A stretch of 64,000 nt of DNA from Amoebidium appalachense (lineage: Eukaryota; Protista; Ichthyosporea), in contig CAVNZM010000007.1 of the NCBI GenBank assembly GCA_963693365.1, positions 7,313,962 to 7,377,961 on the forward strand. The letters run 5' to 3'. Under the pieces are notes generated by a model, which saw nothing but the letters and a program-made list of their open reading frames with translations, made no database searches and was not told where the DNA came from. A program made the translations under genes and the position numbers. Positions 1-24,635 of the stretch are shown here, in pieces. The first letter of the stretch is position 1; each line of letters starts with the position of its first letter.

Positions 1-8
1 GTGGTGGT

Positions 9-56
<48 letters not shown>

Positions 57-457
57 TGTTGCTCGAGATCATTTTCATAAGCACCCTGCACGAGTCCTTT
101 CTTGGTTCAATACCGTTTGATGTTATGTACAGTTTTCTCTCGTCAACACCCAGAGCATACATGCAAGACCTCAGGCCAATCACTGTAAACCATGGCATCA
201 TATGTGCACCAATTATGATATATCTGACCATTTAAGGTGCGCCTTAAGCTGTGTTCATATGCTGTTGAGACCAGACCTACATAATCCCCCCCCCCCCCCC
301 CCCCCAATTTCATGTAAGACATTGTAACCACTCCCCCCCCCCCCCCCCCCCCAAAAAAAAAAAAAAAAATTCACCATTCATTCATCACGTGTTGCAACCA
401 TCGACTAGAATAGCAACTCGCACCGGAGCACCCGCCAAAGCGACCAATCACAAATGC

Positions 458-1628
458 TCAATTCCCAGAACGTATGACATCCATCCAATAACCAACAGTC
501 AACCTCCTTCTCACATCCTCTAATCTCCCTGGAACATTAAACTGCTCAATCCAATAATCGTGCCATTTGTTTAGGTTTTCCGGTGTCACCTGCCCCCACG
601 AATCAACCAAAACTACCGGAAGGCCCTCGAACATTCCACAGAAAGCAGCAAATTTTGGAGCCCTGGGAACGATAACAATGTGACCCAATTGGAGAGCCTC
701 CCACGTTCTATGACAATCCAACCCGGCACCAAACGGGGAAGCAACAAAAGCATGTCGTAATCTCCCACGCCACATTTCATATCGCGGAAGACGATTGGTT
801 TGGAATTCGACGGAATGCGGCGGAAGTTCCCGCAGAACGGCCGCAGCGTGAACTCGGCCCACCGAAGTCTCCGTCGCCCAAATTTTCGACGAGTCGCTGG
901 GGTTCAAATGAAAATCCACGTGCACGGACGGGGTCCTTTGCTCTAGAGGGATCTGCCATGCGATGGATTCGACCAGTCGGCTCTGGTCCCATGGGTACGC
1001 CCGATCCACCCGCCAATAGTCTGGGTCCAAATACGGGGTGTGAAAATCGTTGCCTACAGGTATCGGGCGTAATTTTTCGTGTTGGGTGGCGAGATTTTGC
1101 GCATACCAACGAATAAGGTATGAATGGTTTAGGAGGATCGTTAAGAGGTCACTGGGAACGGATGTGGGCATGGAAAGGGTGGAATCCCCCGTGACCAGTG
1201 TGAATGGAACTTTAATGAGGGGAAGTGATTGGTTGATGAAAGGGATTAAATCCTTGCCGCGGACATAGATCACCTCACCCGGGGTTATGTTGACGTAGAG
1301 TAGTGGGTTGAAGCCACAGTAGACATCAAAGCTAAAGCATTCTCTGTGCGGGCTCCGGTCGCTGGCCAATGAAATTGCCCAACTCCAAATAAGGAAATTT
1401 TCCGATGGGAGGGGGGCAAAGAGATCCGGGGCGGTTTTGCCGGTTGGTTTTGGTGCATTGGGTGGAACGATGACAGGGGCTGCAGCTGGTGCATGTTTGC
1501 GTGTCTCCTGGGGGAGGAAACGGGGGAAACAGAGGGTGAGTGTGTGGAGAGGACATAGGGGGAGGGGGTGGGGGGGGGGGGGGGAGGGGGGGGAGAGCAG
1601 GAAGGGCTAAGAGGAAGGGGGAAGGGGG

Positions 1629-1691
<63 letters not shown>

Positions 1692-1718
1692 CGTGTGTGT
1701 GTGTGTGCGCACACGCAT

Positions 1719-1759
<41 letters not shown>

Positions 1760-1809
1760 TTTGTTTTTTTGGGTTTGGGGAGGAAGGGGGGAGGGGGGAG
1801 GGAGGAAAA

Positions 1810-1858
<49 letters not shown>

Positions 1859-2111
1859 TTCAGAAAGTTACAGTCGAGGTTGAGATGAATTTTGTGGTGC
1901 TTATCATGCTAAACTCAAACTCGTGGTGTTTGGTCAAACTCGGGGTGTTCGATTGTTAAGAAGGTGGGAATGGGGGAGCGAGTGAGGAAGGAAGGGAGAG
2001 TGGGTGAAGTCCGCGGAGGCAGACGGAAGGAGAGGGGGGCGAGAGAGAGAGAGGGAGAGAGAGAGAGCCAAAGAGAGAGCGGGGAGAGAGGAGAGGAAAA
2101 GAAGGGGGGGG

Positions 2112-2149
<38 letters not shown>

Positions 2150-2380
2150 TAGAGAGAGAAATAACTTGTGTGTGTCTGTGTGCCTGTCTGTGTGCGTGTG
2201 TGTCCATGTATCTGTGTGTGTGTGTGTGCGCACGCGCGTGTGTGTGTACGTGTGTGTGGGTGTGCGTACGTGCGTGCGCGAATAACAGGGCCTTGGAGAG
2301 AAGGTAACTATATTCTCTGTATGGTTGTATGACTGTGTCTGTGCGCTTGTATATGTGCATATGTGCACATGTGTGTGTGT

Positions 2381-2419
<39 letters not shown>

Positions 2420-2720
2420 GGAGGGTCTTTTTTTGTGGGGGGGGGGGGGGGGAGGGGGTGGAAGCGAGTGATGGGTCAAGGGGCGGAACGAGGAAAGCCC
2501 GAAAGAACTTTGAAAAGCCAGAAGATTATGCGCGTTGGCCCGGGGGGAGGGATGGTGGGAAGGGTGAGGGGGGGGGGGGGGGGGGGTTGCAAAGGAAGGA
2601 TGGACGGTGAATTGAAGCGGGAAAGTATATACAACGGAGAAATGCAAAAGTTGGGTAGGGTGGGAGACTTGGGACCTATGTGTGGGCTTTCAATCACACA
2701 CCCGCTTTTTTTTTTTTTTT

Positions 2721-2751
<31 letters not shown>

Positions 2752-3374
2752 GGGTTTGGTCAATGGGTTGTGTATGCCATTGTGCATATGCCTACCATTT
2801 GAGCCGGATTGCATCGACGTTGGGTTTGTTCAGAAGTGGTAACTTGGGGCTTGGGTGAGGGCTTTGTGTTTACAGTGTCATTGTAACTCCTCTGTCCCGG
2901 CGTGCCCTTTTGGCTTGCTTCCACGGACAACAAGGAATTTCGATTGGGAACGTTTGTTTTGCATGATTTCTGTGGGCCACTATTATTATTGTTTGGATCC
3001 AATGTGATAGCCGATATTACAGTAGATGTGGTGAAACTTATCTTCGTGTCTTGTTCTTCGAAGTAGGATTCATACTCAATTGTTTTGCTACTCACTTTAC
3101 GGTGCTCCTCTTTCGACTCTACATCAATTATATCTGCCGGTTGTGCAGGCCTGTGGCTGCCCTGTGCACGTGCGCGTGTGTATAAAATGACCGTCAAAAT
3201 ATCCCGGTCTTCAACCCCTTCAAACAGCAGGCAACGTGCACAACCACGAAAAACGAATAGTGTGAGGGAAAACGACAACAATATGGTTGCTTTTTGGATT
3301 GTACGACCTTGACGGGGTGCCACAGTCAAAACCCACGTGTGTTTCGGTGCTATCATGTTTGCATTTAGAAACAT
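458..3374 (-). CDS. Exostosin-like (GT47-type) glycosyltransferase, predicted type II membrane protein; 2 exons (3374-2796, 1507-458)
   Basis: Exon 1 has an N-terminal hydrophobic segment ([14 protein letters not shown]) and a Ser/Thr-rich stem, ending ATG|gtaggc. The phase-0 acceptor cccag|GAG at 1507 joins in frame to the 303-aa ORF. The C-terminal [27 protein letters not shown] matches the exostosin-family F-x-x-x-P-x-G-x-G-x-D-x-x-R-x-W-E-A-L pattern. Confidence 0.75.
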
Positions 3375-5543
3375 TTAGGGAAAAAAATATAAAATAAGAA
3401 TTATCAGTTGGATTCAAAGTTGTAGGTGTCCCCCTAAAAGAGGCCCTGCTTACACTAGAATATTATGGTCTGATTGTGGCATTATTAGAACTGTTCTGTC
3501 GGCGACGACGTATAAATAACTCTGAGGTACTCACAGAAGGAGAAAATGATGAAGCCACATGCATGGGGCTAACAAAATTTGAGTCCTGGAAGTGCATAAG
3601 TTTCTTCGAAGGCACCATATGAATCACTTTTCCATTAATGCTGTCATGATCACATAGAAGCAACAACTGGCACTCGGATATTATGTTCATATGTAGTGCT
3701 TGCCCGGCCTGATGTGTTTGTCTAAGCCTTGTGAGCACCCCGCCGTTGTGGGAGTAAATATTCAACACCTGAATTAATGTGCCTGCATACAATATTGTGA
3801 AAGATGTTACAATGAACAGTTAGGCACTGTTCCGGCTCAGGCAGGTCATGCATATATGATGCATATATGAATTGAACATAAACGTGAAAAAAAAGAAGAT
3901 CACGAAACGAATGTATTGGTTCTGGACAACCACCAGCCTGGAATAAGGTTTCGTTTCAGGTTTTTAATGATCAGGTATCCAAAAGTAGCATTCGTACTTG
4001 GAGGCCGGTGCTGTTCCCACAAATTCCAAGATCTAGCTGCGCACCAATAAATAAGCTGGCATTTCCTAACTCTGTCTCTTGACTCATGAGTCTGTCTGTC
4101 TCTGAGACTCTGAGTCAATGACTCGTGAGGGTCAAAAATCATAGCTGGTAAAGGAGACTATGAACTAGCCTACAGGAACCTACATTTTTTCTTGAATACT
4201 ACCACAGACTCTGAAGGCAGCTGGGTAGCATCAACCGAGGTGATTTTCTTCCTTGGCTTTTGTGATCGACCCCTTTCCAAATTCCAAATTCCATCTTAAA
4301 ATTTATTGCCCAGCCCGATCTAAAACTAATAATAGCCTGACTGGTAGTCTGGTACATATATGCACGCAGTAGTAGATAGCTGGAGCTTCTAGACGCAAGA
4401 ACGCTAAGTCTGTATCGTACATATATAAATATTAGGGCTGAATTTACCATGGAATGATGCCGGTTTCATGGGCTTAGTTGGTCCTACGCTCGATCATTTT
4501 GTGGTAGTGGAGGCATGAATGCAGTCAGCTGATTTGCACATTCGACTAAAAATAGAACACTAAAAATAGATTCTGTAGAGATATCGCCACGTACGTACGG
4601 ACCTGGCTGGGGCACTGCGCGTACGCAGTGCTATTAGTGGCTGGGTAAATACAGCCGAAATTTACACTGATGCAACGGTAACGGGTTGTAATACAGCAAT
4701 TTTTGCCATTTTTCAAAAGTCCTTAGTTGGAGAAACGAAGTGACCTGCTCACCAAGATCTATGTTCTCATTCACATTCCATGCCGGTAGATTATCCAATC
4801 ATGACGCTTTATGATTCTCATTGGTTGAGATCTGGATCTCAGTGACAGATCATCAGAGTAGTACACGTGCGAGCATATATATATTGTAACTGGTCATATG
4901 TAGCTTCTGCAAATTGAATCACATACACCTAAATCGTTAGATGTCGATGCTAGGAAACACACATTATACGTATTGCTGCTCCAAAATTAGTGTACAAAGA
5001 TTTTGTGGCCTTCATGAATACATACTATCGGATTTCACTATGCCGTTGTGAATCTCCAGCACCCCACTAGAAGGGCTTTGGATGGGGTAATCATTTCGAT
5101 ATTCTTATGTTGTACGGGTGCGTGCGTAGTAAGTATGTGTGCGTGTACGACCGGATACGGTGCCTGTGTATGCACAGTGTGCACATACATACACACGTGT
5201 ATGTGCGCGTGTATGTGTGTATAGACGTGTTGAGCTTTGCATGGATAGGCCCTGCCAGCGTGCGTGTGTGCGTGGGGCAGTGTGTGTGTGTGTGTTGACA
5301 TGTCAGTATTTGTCAGCGTCTCAGCAAATCTTTGGGTGGTTGCGTTGGCATGTAGCCGCGCGTGCCAGGCTATGTGACGCGTGCACCACTGATCATGAGC
5401 CTGCATCGGTCCATTCGACTGGGAAACCTTGAGGGAGCTGCCGGCCAGCAGGGAGGCCTCGAGCTCGACAGGGCGAGGGGAGGCAAGGGGGACGAGAGTG
5501 AGAGAGGGAGAGAGGGAGAGGGGGGGGGGGGGGGGGGGGGGGG

Positions 5544-5596
<53 letters not shown>

Positions 5597-6686
5597 CGGA
5601 GGGGGGGGGGGGGGGAGAGAGGGAGGGGGGGGGGGGAGGGAGGGAGAGAGAGAGAGAGAGAGAGAGGGAGAGACAAAGGAGAAAGGGGGGGAGAGAGAGA
5701 GAGAGAGAGAGAAAGAGAGGGAGAGAGAGGGGGGGGGGGGGAGAGAGAGAGAGAGAGAGTCGGAGAGGGAGGGAGAGGGAGAGGGAGAGAGGCCCGGGGG
5801 AGAGAGAGTGTGTGTATGTGTGCGTGTGCTTTGTGATCGAGTGACGAGGGAAAATGAGGGAGCTCGAGGGCCCGAAGAGGAAGGGCGGGAGCAATAGTAG
5901 AGGATTAGAGCCTCAGCGTGGGCGGGAGCGGGAGGGAGTGAAAGAGGGTGACGAATCAATAGAGGGAGCGAAACAGGGTGCCCGGTCGGAGAAACAATAT
6001 AGACGGATCTGGTAAACAAGTAAATTTATTGCAAAGGACCGATACTGTACTGTCCCGCTGACGGAAGCAGTTGGATAACCAACGTCTAGTGATCTGCGTG
6101 TACGTATTACAACTATTCTGCATACCTCAATTTAAAAAAACAAACAACGAACTTATTACATATAGTTCTAATACATTTTAGGTTTCATTCATCTTTTGTG
6201 CATAATTTAATCGGCTTGTTTGACAATGGCAGCAGGAGGCTTCGGAAAGAAAGGTAAAACTTCTACAACTTAGGATGTGACACAACAATGCACTTCAAGT
6301 TGACGTTCTAAATGTGCCTGTATGTCTATCCGGGAGCACTGTTTACTATTTTTGGGTCGATCACTGGAATGTATCTGCATTCACACAAAAGGTTCAACGG
6401 TTGAACCACACAGGCTTCAAAATTTGAGGTTCCATCATGCCTCAGCCGCTCTACTCCTAAATTAAATGAACAATCATCACGCCTGCACCAAGCACCTCTT
6501 TCGCATATACGTTGTAATTGTTTGTGTGTGAGTGTATGGTGACAGGCCACAAGTTGTGTGCATACCTGTCCTGTCCGGATGTGAGTGCAATCATTCACTG
6601 TACATTTTCAAATTGCACAATGCAACACATACGTACCGTGGTGATTGTTGTTGTTGTGGTTGTTGCTGTGCTGGTTTGGTGTGTGC

Positions 6687-6717
<31 letters not shown>

Positions 6718-6748
6718 GTGGTGGTGGTGGTGGTGGTGGTGGGGAGGG

Positions 6749-6782
<34 letters not shown>

Positions 6783-6789
6783 GATGGTG

Positions 6790-17566
<10,777 letters not shown>

Positions 17567-18611
17567 GTTCTTGTTCGACTGGTTCTCCCACCTATTGCTG
17601 ATTCCAAATGCTTTCCAGTGCTCGGGCACTGACACAGATGCTATAGAATAGAACGGGTAGCTCTTATGACCAAGAAAACTTGCTCGTGCAAAAGCTTTTC
17701 CTGTTTGTTCAAGCAAGATCTTCTACTATGCTATCCGAATGCAATATGACACTTTCCATAACCTAGTCGGACGACCTAGTCGGACAACCTCTAATTATCA
17801 GGGAACCTTAGTCGACCTACTACTACTTGAACTCTTGTTCAACCGGAAAGCTACTGTACTATCCGATTGCATTTATGACACTGGCATAGTGGTTATTGCA
17901 GGAACTAACTCAGCTAGAAAATCAAGGTACTCATCCTCCTGGTGACTAGACGAGCAGAGCTTGGGTGCACGTCTCGAATGTCTCTTGTGGTAACAGCATA
18001 TATACGGCAGGCGAACCTGGCCTTGTGTTGTTTGTTACTGGTGTGTGGGGGCAAAAAAAGAAAAACTAGCTAAAAAATGAGTGATACTCCGGTAAAGTGC
18101 CGTTGTAAAATTCTCTCCCAACCCCCCACAATCCCGCAATGCCACAGTTTCCTGAGCCAGGTACAGCTTCAAAACATGCGCAGTCCGCCATGCGTGTGTA
18201 GGTTGGTACACTTTCACCCCTCTCCCCGTTCACAAACAACACACACTCACGCACGTGAGCATACACATACACGTGCACGTACACACCCAAAAAAAAACGG
18301 CTTCAGTCCTGAGTTTTCGAACACTTCATACGCCCGGGTCGCACAAAACCAGAAGCGAACAATGGCTTTACTTGAAGGGCGTACAAGCCACACATTCAAG
18401 AGACATAAAATCGAGGAACAACACACAGGATCCTAATAAGTCATTCTTATATGTACAGGTGAGGAAGAAGAGGTAAAGCTGCAAGTCGAGGAATCAATAT
18501 TGACACTAGGTGGAAAAACTTTCAAAAGATCTTTAATAAGAGGAAGCCTAAATTCTAAATTGCGTTGAGAATATTACGGGACAGCCGTTCCTTATCCAGC
18601 ACATCGTAAGG

Positions 18612-19265
18612 CTATACAAGCAAAACCATACGGCTGTACAGCTGCTGGAAAAACTGCTCAATAACATCAGGCACCAAGCCCTGTTCTCTATACATTTCTT
18701 CGAGGAAGTCAGGCACAAAATCGTGGCTATGGTAAAAGTTCTCCAAGAAATCAGGTACTAGGTCATGCGTTTGATAGAAGTTCGTTATGAAATCCGGTAC
18801 CACATCGTATTCGTAATAAAACTGTTCCAGTCTGTCGGGGACGTAGTCGTATTTTCCAGAATGACAAGTGATGTCCGTTTCCGTGTTATCGATGCAGCAA
18901 TTAGTAACACCAAGAATCAAGTTGAACAGCACTTCGGCAGCAAACTGACCGAGAAAGGCAAGGCCCGTAGCGTAGACGAACAAGCGACCGAAAACACGGT
19001 AGAGACGAGGGAGCCAAAGAATGATGAAGGCACAGAGAAGAAAATAGGAGGCCGTCTTGTTTGTGCCTATGACTCTGCTTGGGCGCTTGTAAAACTTATC
19101 CACCTGGCGCTGTTCGGGTATACTGTCCAGCTCCGGAACCTTGCTCCTCCTTCGCTGAGGGGGTGGGTGCTCAGGGGCTCCATACTTCCAGTTGAGCCAT
19201 CTCTCCCTGAGGGCAATCGCCACCCACGCACCCTTCCAGCGAATATAATTCAACCCAGCATACAT
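18612..19265 (-). CDS. Intronless hypothetical membrane protein (217 aa) with five C-terminal 14-aa repeats
   Basis: Complex non-microsatellite ORF, ATG preceded by an in-frame TGA. Two hydrophobic segments (YFLLCAFIILWL; LFVYATGLAFLGQFAAEVLFNLILGV). Repeats: YDYVPDRLEQFYYE / YDVVPDFITNFYQT / HDLVPDFLENFYHS / HDFVPDFLEEMYRE / QGLVPDVIEQFFQQ. Confidence 0.7.
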   Translation of the reverse strand: MYAGLNYIRWKGAWVAIALRERWLNWKYGAPEHPPPQRRRSKVPELDSIPEQRQVDKFYKRPSRVIGTNKTASYFLLCAFIILWLPRLYRVFGRLFVYATGLAFLGQFAAEVLFNLILGVTNCCIDNTETDITCHSGKYDYVPDRLEQFYYEYDVVPDFITNFYQTHDLVPDFLENFYHSHDFVPDFLEEMYREQGLVPDVIEQFFQQLYSRMVLLV

Positions 19266-19911
19266 TCAGTTGCAGAACCCCTGTGTGCGTGCGTGTGCCG
19301 CATGCAGATGAAAAGGTGTGCGTGCAGCCAAAAAGAGAAAGCAGCTGCCACCCTAATTGACTTGAACGTAACGTTTTTGACCAAGGTTGGGTCCACTTTC
19401 TATAGTAGCTACGCCATGTTTTAGCAAAAGCGTCACGAGTCCTCTCGCCTTGTCAGCATGTTTCGTGTGTGCACTCAATTGTGCACTGTGTGGGCCTGAG
19501 CGGTCTTGGCTGGCCATTGAAACTGCGCATCGGCAGCAAAGCGCTGATTGGCCCGACTTGTGAAGTCAGATCTAAACTAAAACGGCGATCGCACAAATGC
19601 CAATCATCTCATCCGAACAAAGAGGATCTAGATTAATATCATGCTTATAATTGTTCAACTTTGGAAAGCGTCCCAGACTCCCAGTCGTAGAGCCAAGACA
19701 AAGGCCCGCTCGTGAGGCTCGTGTGCTGTAAGAATAAATGCAAAGAAAGAATACATTTGAACAAAGATCTCTTCCCTCCCGTCGCCCCTTGCCACCCGGG
19801 GGAGTGGGGACTTGAAGCTGTGGATCACGCTCAAGTCAACCGTCAACGTTGCAGATCCTTCATTATGATTGGCTCAGCCGTCCGTGACGTAAGATCCGGT
19901 GACATCATCAG

Positions 19912-19980
<69 letters not shown>

Positions 19981-20417
19981 GCCCCCTGCCCCACAAACCT
20001 GCAAACAAAAACCTCTTTGGCGTGTGACAATACATGCATGCATCACCGACAACACAAAAAAAAAAACACACACACACACACACACATGTCACGGAAAACA
20101 CACGCACGTCTGTGTATTAAGGGAAGACAGACATGTAGGCAGATATTTGATTGTGCATTTACCGTGCTACTAGTACCCCGGCACCATCTGCCCTATGTAT
20201 GTATGATATTGGTGCCTCAGCTATAACTGTATTGTAGACGTTGAAAGTCTTTCTAAGGGTACCACGTGTACCAAAGGTATTTACAAATGGCCCAGAGGGC
20301 AAATCGATATCGTTTCAAGCACCTTATAATCAATTCATGCATGCACCGTGCACACACACATGTACTGTGACAACACACTAGCTCACACACGCACACACTG
20401 CACACACACACACACAC

Positions 20418-20454
<37 letters not shown>

Positions 20455-20461
20455 TGCGACA

Positions 20462-20519
<58 letters not shown>

Positions 20520-20550
20520 TTACGCACACACGCGCACACAGTGTCACACG

Positions 20551-20597
<47 letters not shown>

Positions 20598-21724
20598 ACG
20601 CACACGCACACACACACACACACACATGTACACATACACACACACACACACATGTACACACACATTCTAGCTAGAGCCTCTGGCAAACACATACAATGCC
20701 ATGTAACTGACACATTCTTGTTTGCGTCCACCGTCTTGCACACGTCGCACACATGTTCAAGCTTAGGTTACGGTGCACTTCACACACGTACGAGTATTTA
20801 TTATTATTGGCAGTGAATATTCAACATACCCACCGTACTGTACTGACACATGGACAAACACATACTTGGCACACAAGCTGCAGACGCGCACAGCATGGAG
20901 GCTCTGCCCAAATCACAATTTGAAGCGCTGTCCGAACGAAGGGGAGAATTATAACTGGTAGTGGTGGTGGTGGTGGGCCCCGGGGGCCAGGGGGGAGGGG
21001 AGGGGGGGGGGGGGGGGGGGGGGGGGGTGGTGGAGAGGGGGGACGCGGGGGGCAGCCGTGGGTGAGAGAGCTGTTGGCCCCCTCCCAAATCGAGAGGGGG
21101 GGGGGGGAGGGGCCAGGGGGGAGTTTGGGGAGGACGGGGGGGAGGGGGTAGACCCACCGCCTGCGTTTAGCTTTTGAGGGGGGGGGGGGGGGGGGGGGGG
21201 GGGGGTGAGGACCCACCACCCACCCAGTTGAGCAAGCAAGTCCCCCCCCCCCCCCCATCCCCCCCCCCCCCCCCTTTTGCAAAGGTGGGGGGGGACCCCG
21301 GGGAGCACCACTAATATTACCACCCCACACCCTCCCCCCTCCTCCCCCGGGCCCATTCAAATTAAACAAGTTTTAAAGGTTTGAGGCAACCATTTGGATA
21401 GAAAAGACCAAACTTTGAATGGTCGATATCTGAATCCGAGTGAACCCCCCCCCCCCCCCTCTCCCCCTCCGATACGCTACCTGCCTGTTCAGGGTGTTAC
21501 ATAAACCACCGGAACAAATATATATGCTTACAGCAATTTAGTGCTGCGTTCACCCTGACGACAGCAAAGTTATTTCTGCCTTTAGCGAAATATTGGCAAC
21601 CAAGAGGAGAATCAATCTTTCCTGAGCAGAATGATTCTGCTGATGTCACGGATTTGCCCCCCCCCCCCCCCCCCCCCCCCCCCCGGGGGCCTCTCTCCCC
21701 CCCCCCCCCCCCACCCGGTAACAC

Positions 21725-21777
<53 letters not shown>

Positions 21778-22395
21778 GTGGCACACACGAATCACACAGA
21801 AAAACACACACACACTCACACACACACACTCACACACACACGGATTTCTTCAGGAGTACTGCACAAGTAGTTGCCGAAACTGATTAAAGAAAGAGAGGCC
21901 TGTTCCCAATAGCATGGAGTAGATGCTTAGATGGCCTAAGTTTATATTCAGGGTAGGAACGTACATTAGCATTCTGATGTAGGTATACCATCCTACCGGG
22001 AGGGTATGGGTAGAGCCAAGTGGAACACGATAGATCCTGTAAGCTGAAACGGGATTGAATAATAGTCAATAATATTGAACCCCTAAATGGGTAGCAGAAA
22101 CTGTTCCGCATTGAGCACAATTATTCCCCAGAACCCAGAACCTTCCTCCCATAGAGAGCAGAATTACTGGTCTGCTTCTCATGACCCAGTTAGACTGGGA
22201 AAACCAGAATCAATCTATTTTGGATTCAGCACCGGCAGAGGCAGCAGCCGCTTCACATACCAGTGCTCACTGTGGTTGGGCCCTCACCAATGTTCATAAT
22301 AGGCCATCACTGGGTATAAGGCGTGCACGTGCTATGGTAGCACAAAGAGGCCTAGAATTGGGCTGAGAGGGAGGGGAAGGGGGGAGGGGTTGGGA

Positions 22396-22579
22396 TGGGG
22401 GTGGGGACCCGGTGTGTACGTAGGGGGGCTGGGGGGCAGCAGGGACCGGCTGGGGCCGGTATGACCCGACCCGCCTGGCCTCACCCGTTGAGAAGGCGCT
22501 TAGACCCGACCCGGTCTTACCCATGGACCTGCCTGGTCTACCCGGGCCCCCAAGTGTGTGTGTATGTGTGTGTGTATGT

Positions 22580-22614
<35 letters not shown>

Positions 22615-22938
22615 GGGGGGGGGGGGGGGGGGGGAGCGGGGTTAGGGGAGGGGCCCGAGGGGGGGCGGGTGGGCTCTTTTTCGGCCCTCAAAAGGCCCTA
22701 GTCCTCTCCCCCCTCCCCCCCCCCTCCCCCCCCCCTCCCCCCCCCTCCCCCCTCCCCCATTAGGGCCTCCCGTAGTACCATTTTGTCAATCATGTGAACC
22801 GACTGGGAGGAGAAAGGGATTGGGGGGGGGGGGGGGGGGGGGGGGGCACCTCCTATTGGGGAGATGGGGGAGGGGGGGGGGGGTTAGACCCGACCCGACT
22901 GGACCCGATGCCATTTTTGTCAACCCGCCCCACCCCTG
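22396..22938. mobile_element. Degenerate hAT-like non-autonomous element with GACCCG subterminal repeats
   Basis: Clustered gacccgacccg motifs at ~22463-22512 and ~22887-22908. Right end ...ccccacccctg (reverse complement caggggtgggg) has an imperfect left match tgggggtgggg. No TSD seen. Confidence 0.35.
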
Positions 22939-22999
22939 GGGGGCAGCAGCAACCCAGCAATCTGCACCGTATTGAAGTATCCAGATATTGCAATGAATG

Positions 23000-23046
<47 letters not shown>

Positions 23047-23499
23047 ACACACAGGGCCACCCCCCTCCCCGGCCCTCCCCCCTTCCCTCCCTTCTCCTCC
23101 CCCCTCCCCTCTGTTTCTTTTCATCTGTTTTTGCCAACCGGCTGGCCAGGCTCAAGCTTTGGCTGGTGTTAGTAGCATGACCCCCCCCCCCCCCCCCCCC
23201 CCCCCCCTGCCCCCCTCCCTCCGCTCCTCCCCTCGGCTTGGATTTCCGTAATATGATAATGCTTCAGTTGACATCCAAAAGATCAGACATGTACAACTGG
23301 GTTACAATTGCCAGTTTGCAGCCCACCGTGTCTTTACCACCCTTTCTTTTTTTTTTTTAAGGGGAAGGAAGTGGGGGGAGGAGGGGGGGAGTGGGGGGAA
23401 ATGGGGCAGGGCAGGAATTTCGGGAAAGGTGGAGCCTGTCTGTGTCGTGACTATAGTGCTAAAGTATTAGGTTTGAGCGGTAGTGTCCTAGGATGTGAC

Positions 23500-23558
<59 letters not shown>

Positions 23559-24083
23559 GTGTATGTGTGTGTGTGTGTGTACGTATGTGTGTGCAGGTGT
23601 GTGAAGGTTTACCTACATATCTATGGCAGGCAGCTGTCGGGGCATAATATTGTGTTGGGGTATGTTTGCGATCGTGGTTTGGATTTTGTAGGGGGCATGC
23701 CTGGGGTGGCACCGACCATCAGGTGAATCTCCAGAACCACTACGAGGCAAACCGTTTCTGTCAAAATCAAAGCATTCTCAGATTCGCTGACAGAACCAAC
23801 CCCTCCCCCCCCCCCCTCCCCCCCCCCCCATCCCCCCCCCCCCCTCCCCCCCCCCCCCCCCTCCCCATTATGTCCCCCACCTCGGGGAGCTCCGCACTCC
23901 AAACACATGTCCCCCACACCCCGCGCAACCCCCTCCCGGCTCTACTTCCCCTGAACCATCTCCCCCTGTCTTACTTTCATCCCCTCTTTCTATCTTCTCC
24001 TTCCCTCCCCTCACTCACCTCCCCCCCCCCCCCCCCCCCCCCCCCCGGGGCCCACCCCACCCACCCACCCACCCCTTTTGCAG

Positions 24084-24340
24084 CTGATCAACTATGCGCG
24101 AAAAGTAATCCCCTCAGCCTTCATCGTGCTTAACCCCGGTGTCTTTTTGCATATGGCCCTCGTCACTCACTCACCGGATTTTCCCCATACCCGGCAAATG
24201 TGTCGAGACCCTTTACTGTTTGAGAACTAAGCATCGATATCTAAATGGAGACCAGCAGGTGGGGCTTTACTTTTAAAAACACGTTAGAGTTTAAGAAATC
24301 CGAGGCGCTATCAGGGGCTTTAAGGCTTAGGAATGAGCTC
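24084..24340 (+). pseudogene. Inverted, decayed copy of exon 5 plus downstream intron of the spherulin-4-like gene
   Basis: cag|ctgatcaactatgcgcg...ttcatcgtgcttaaccccggtgtc...ctaaatggagaccagcag|gtggggctt aligns by eye to 35834-35600 (minus), with indels and a TGG>TAA change (gagaactaa). Confidence 0.8.
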
Positions 24341-24450
24341 CTCAATGTACATGATCTGAAAAATATGTATTCAGAAAACCGGGAAATGCAGTGGGCCTCT
24401 GACATTGTTTCATTCATTTTTTCCGTCAGCCTCCCCAGGAGAACGGGGGA

Positions 24451-24487
<37 letters not shown>

Positions 24488-24570
24488 GAAAATTTCGGTC
24501 ATTTGTACGGGAGAAAAACTTTTAAGTAAACGGGACGAAAATGCAGGGCAGGGAAGGATGGAGGGGCTCC

Positions 24571-24601
<31 letters not shown>

Positions 24602-24604
24602 TGT

Positions 24605-24635
<31 letters not shown>

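Noticed and set aside
18765-19424. 219-aa plus-strand ORF
   Set aside because: Antisense shadow of the minus-strand repeat protein, with a non-ATG start and no motifs.
21850-22330. Complex CpG-poor sequence resembling decayed coding DNA
   Set aside because: Stops in the frames I examined and no recognisable protein motif; cannot be assigned without a search.
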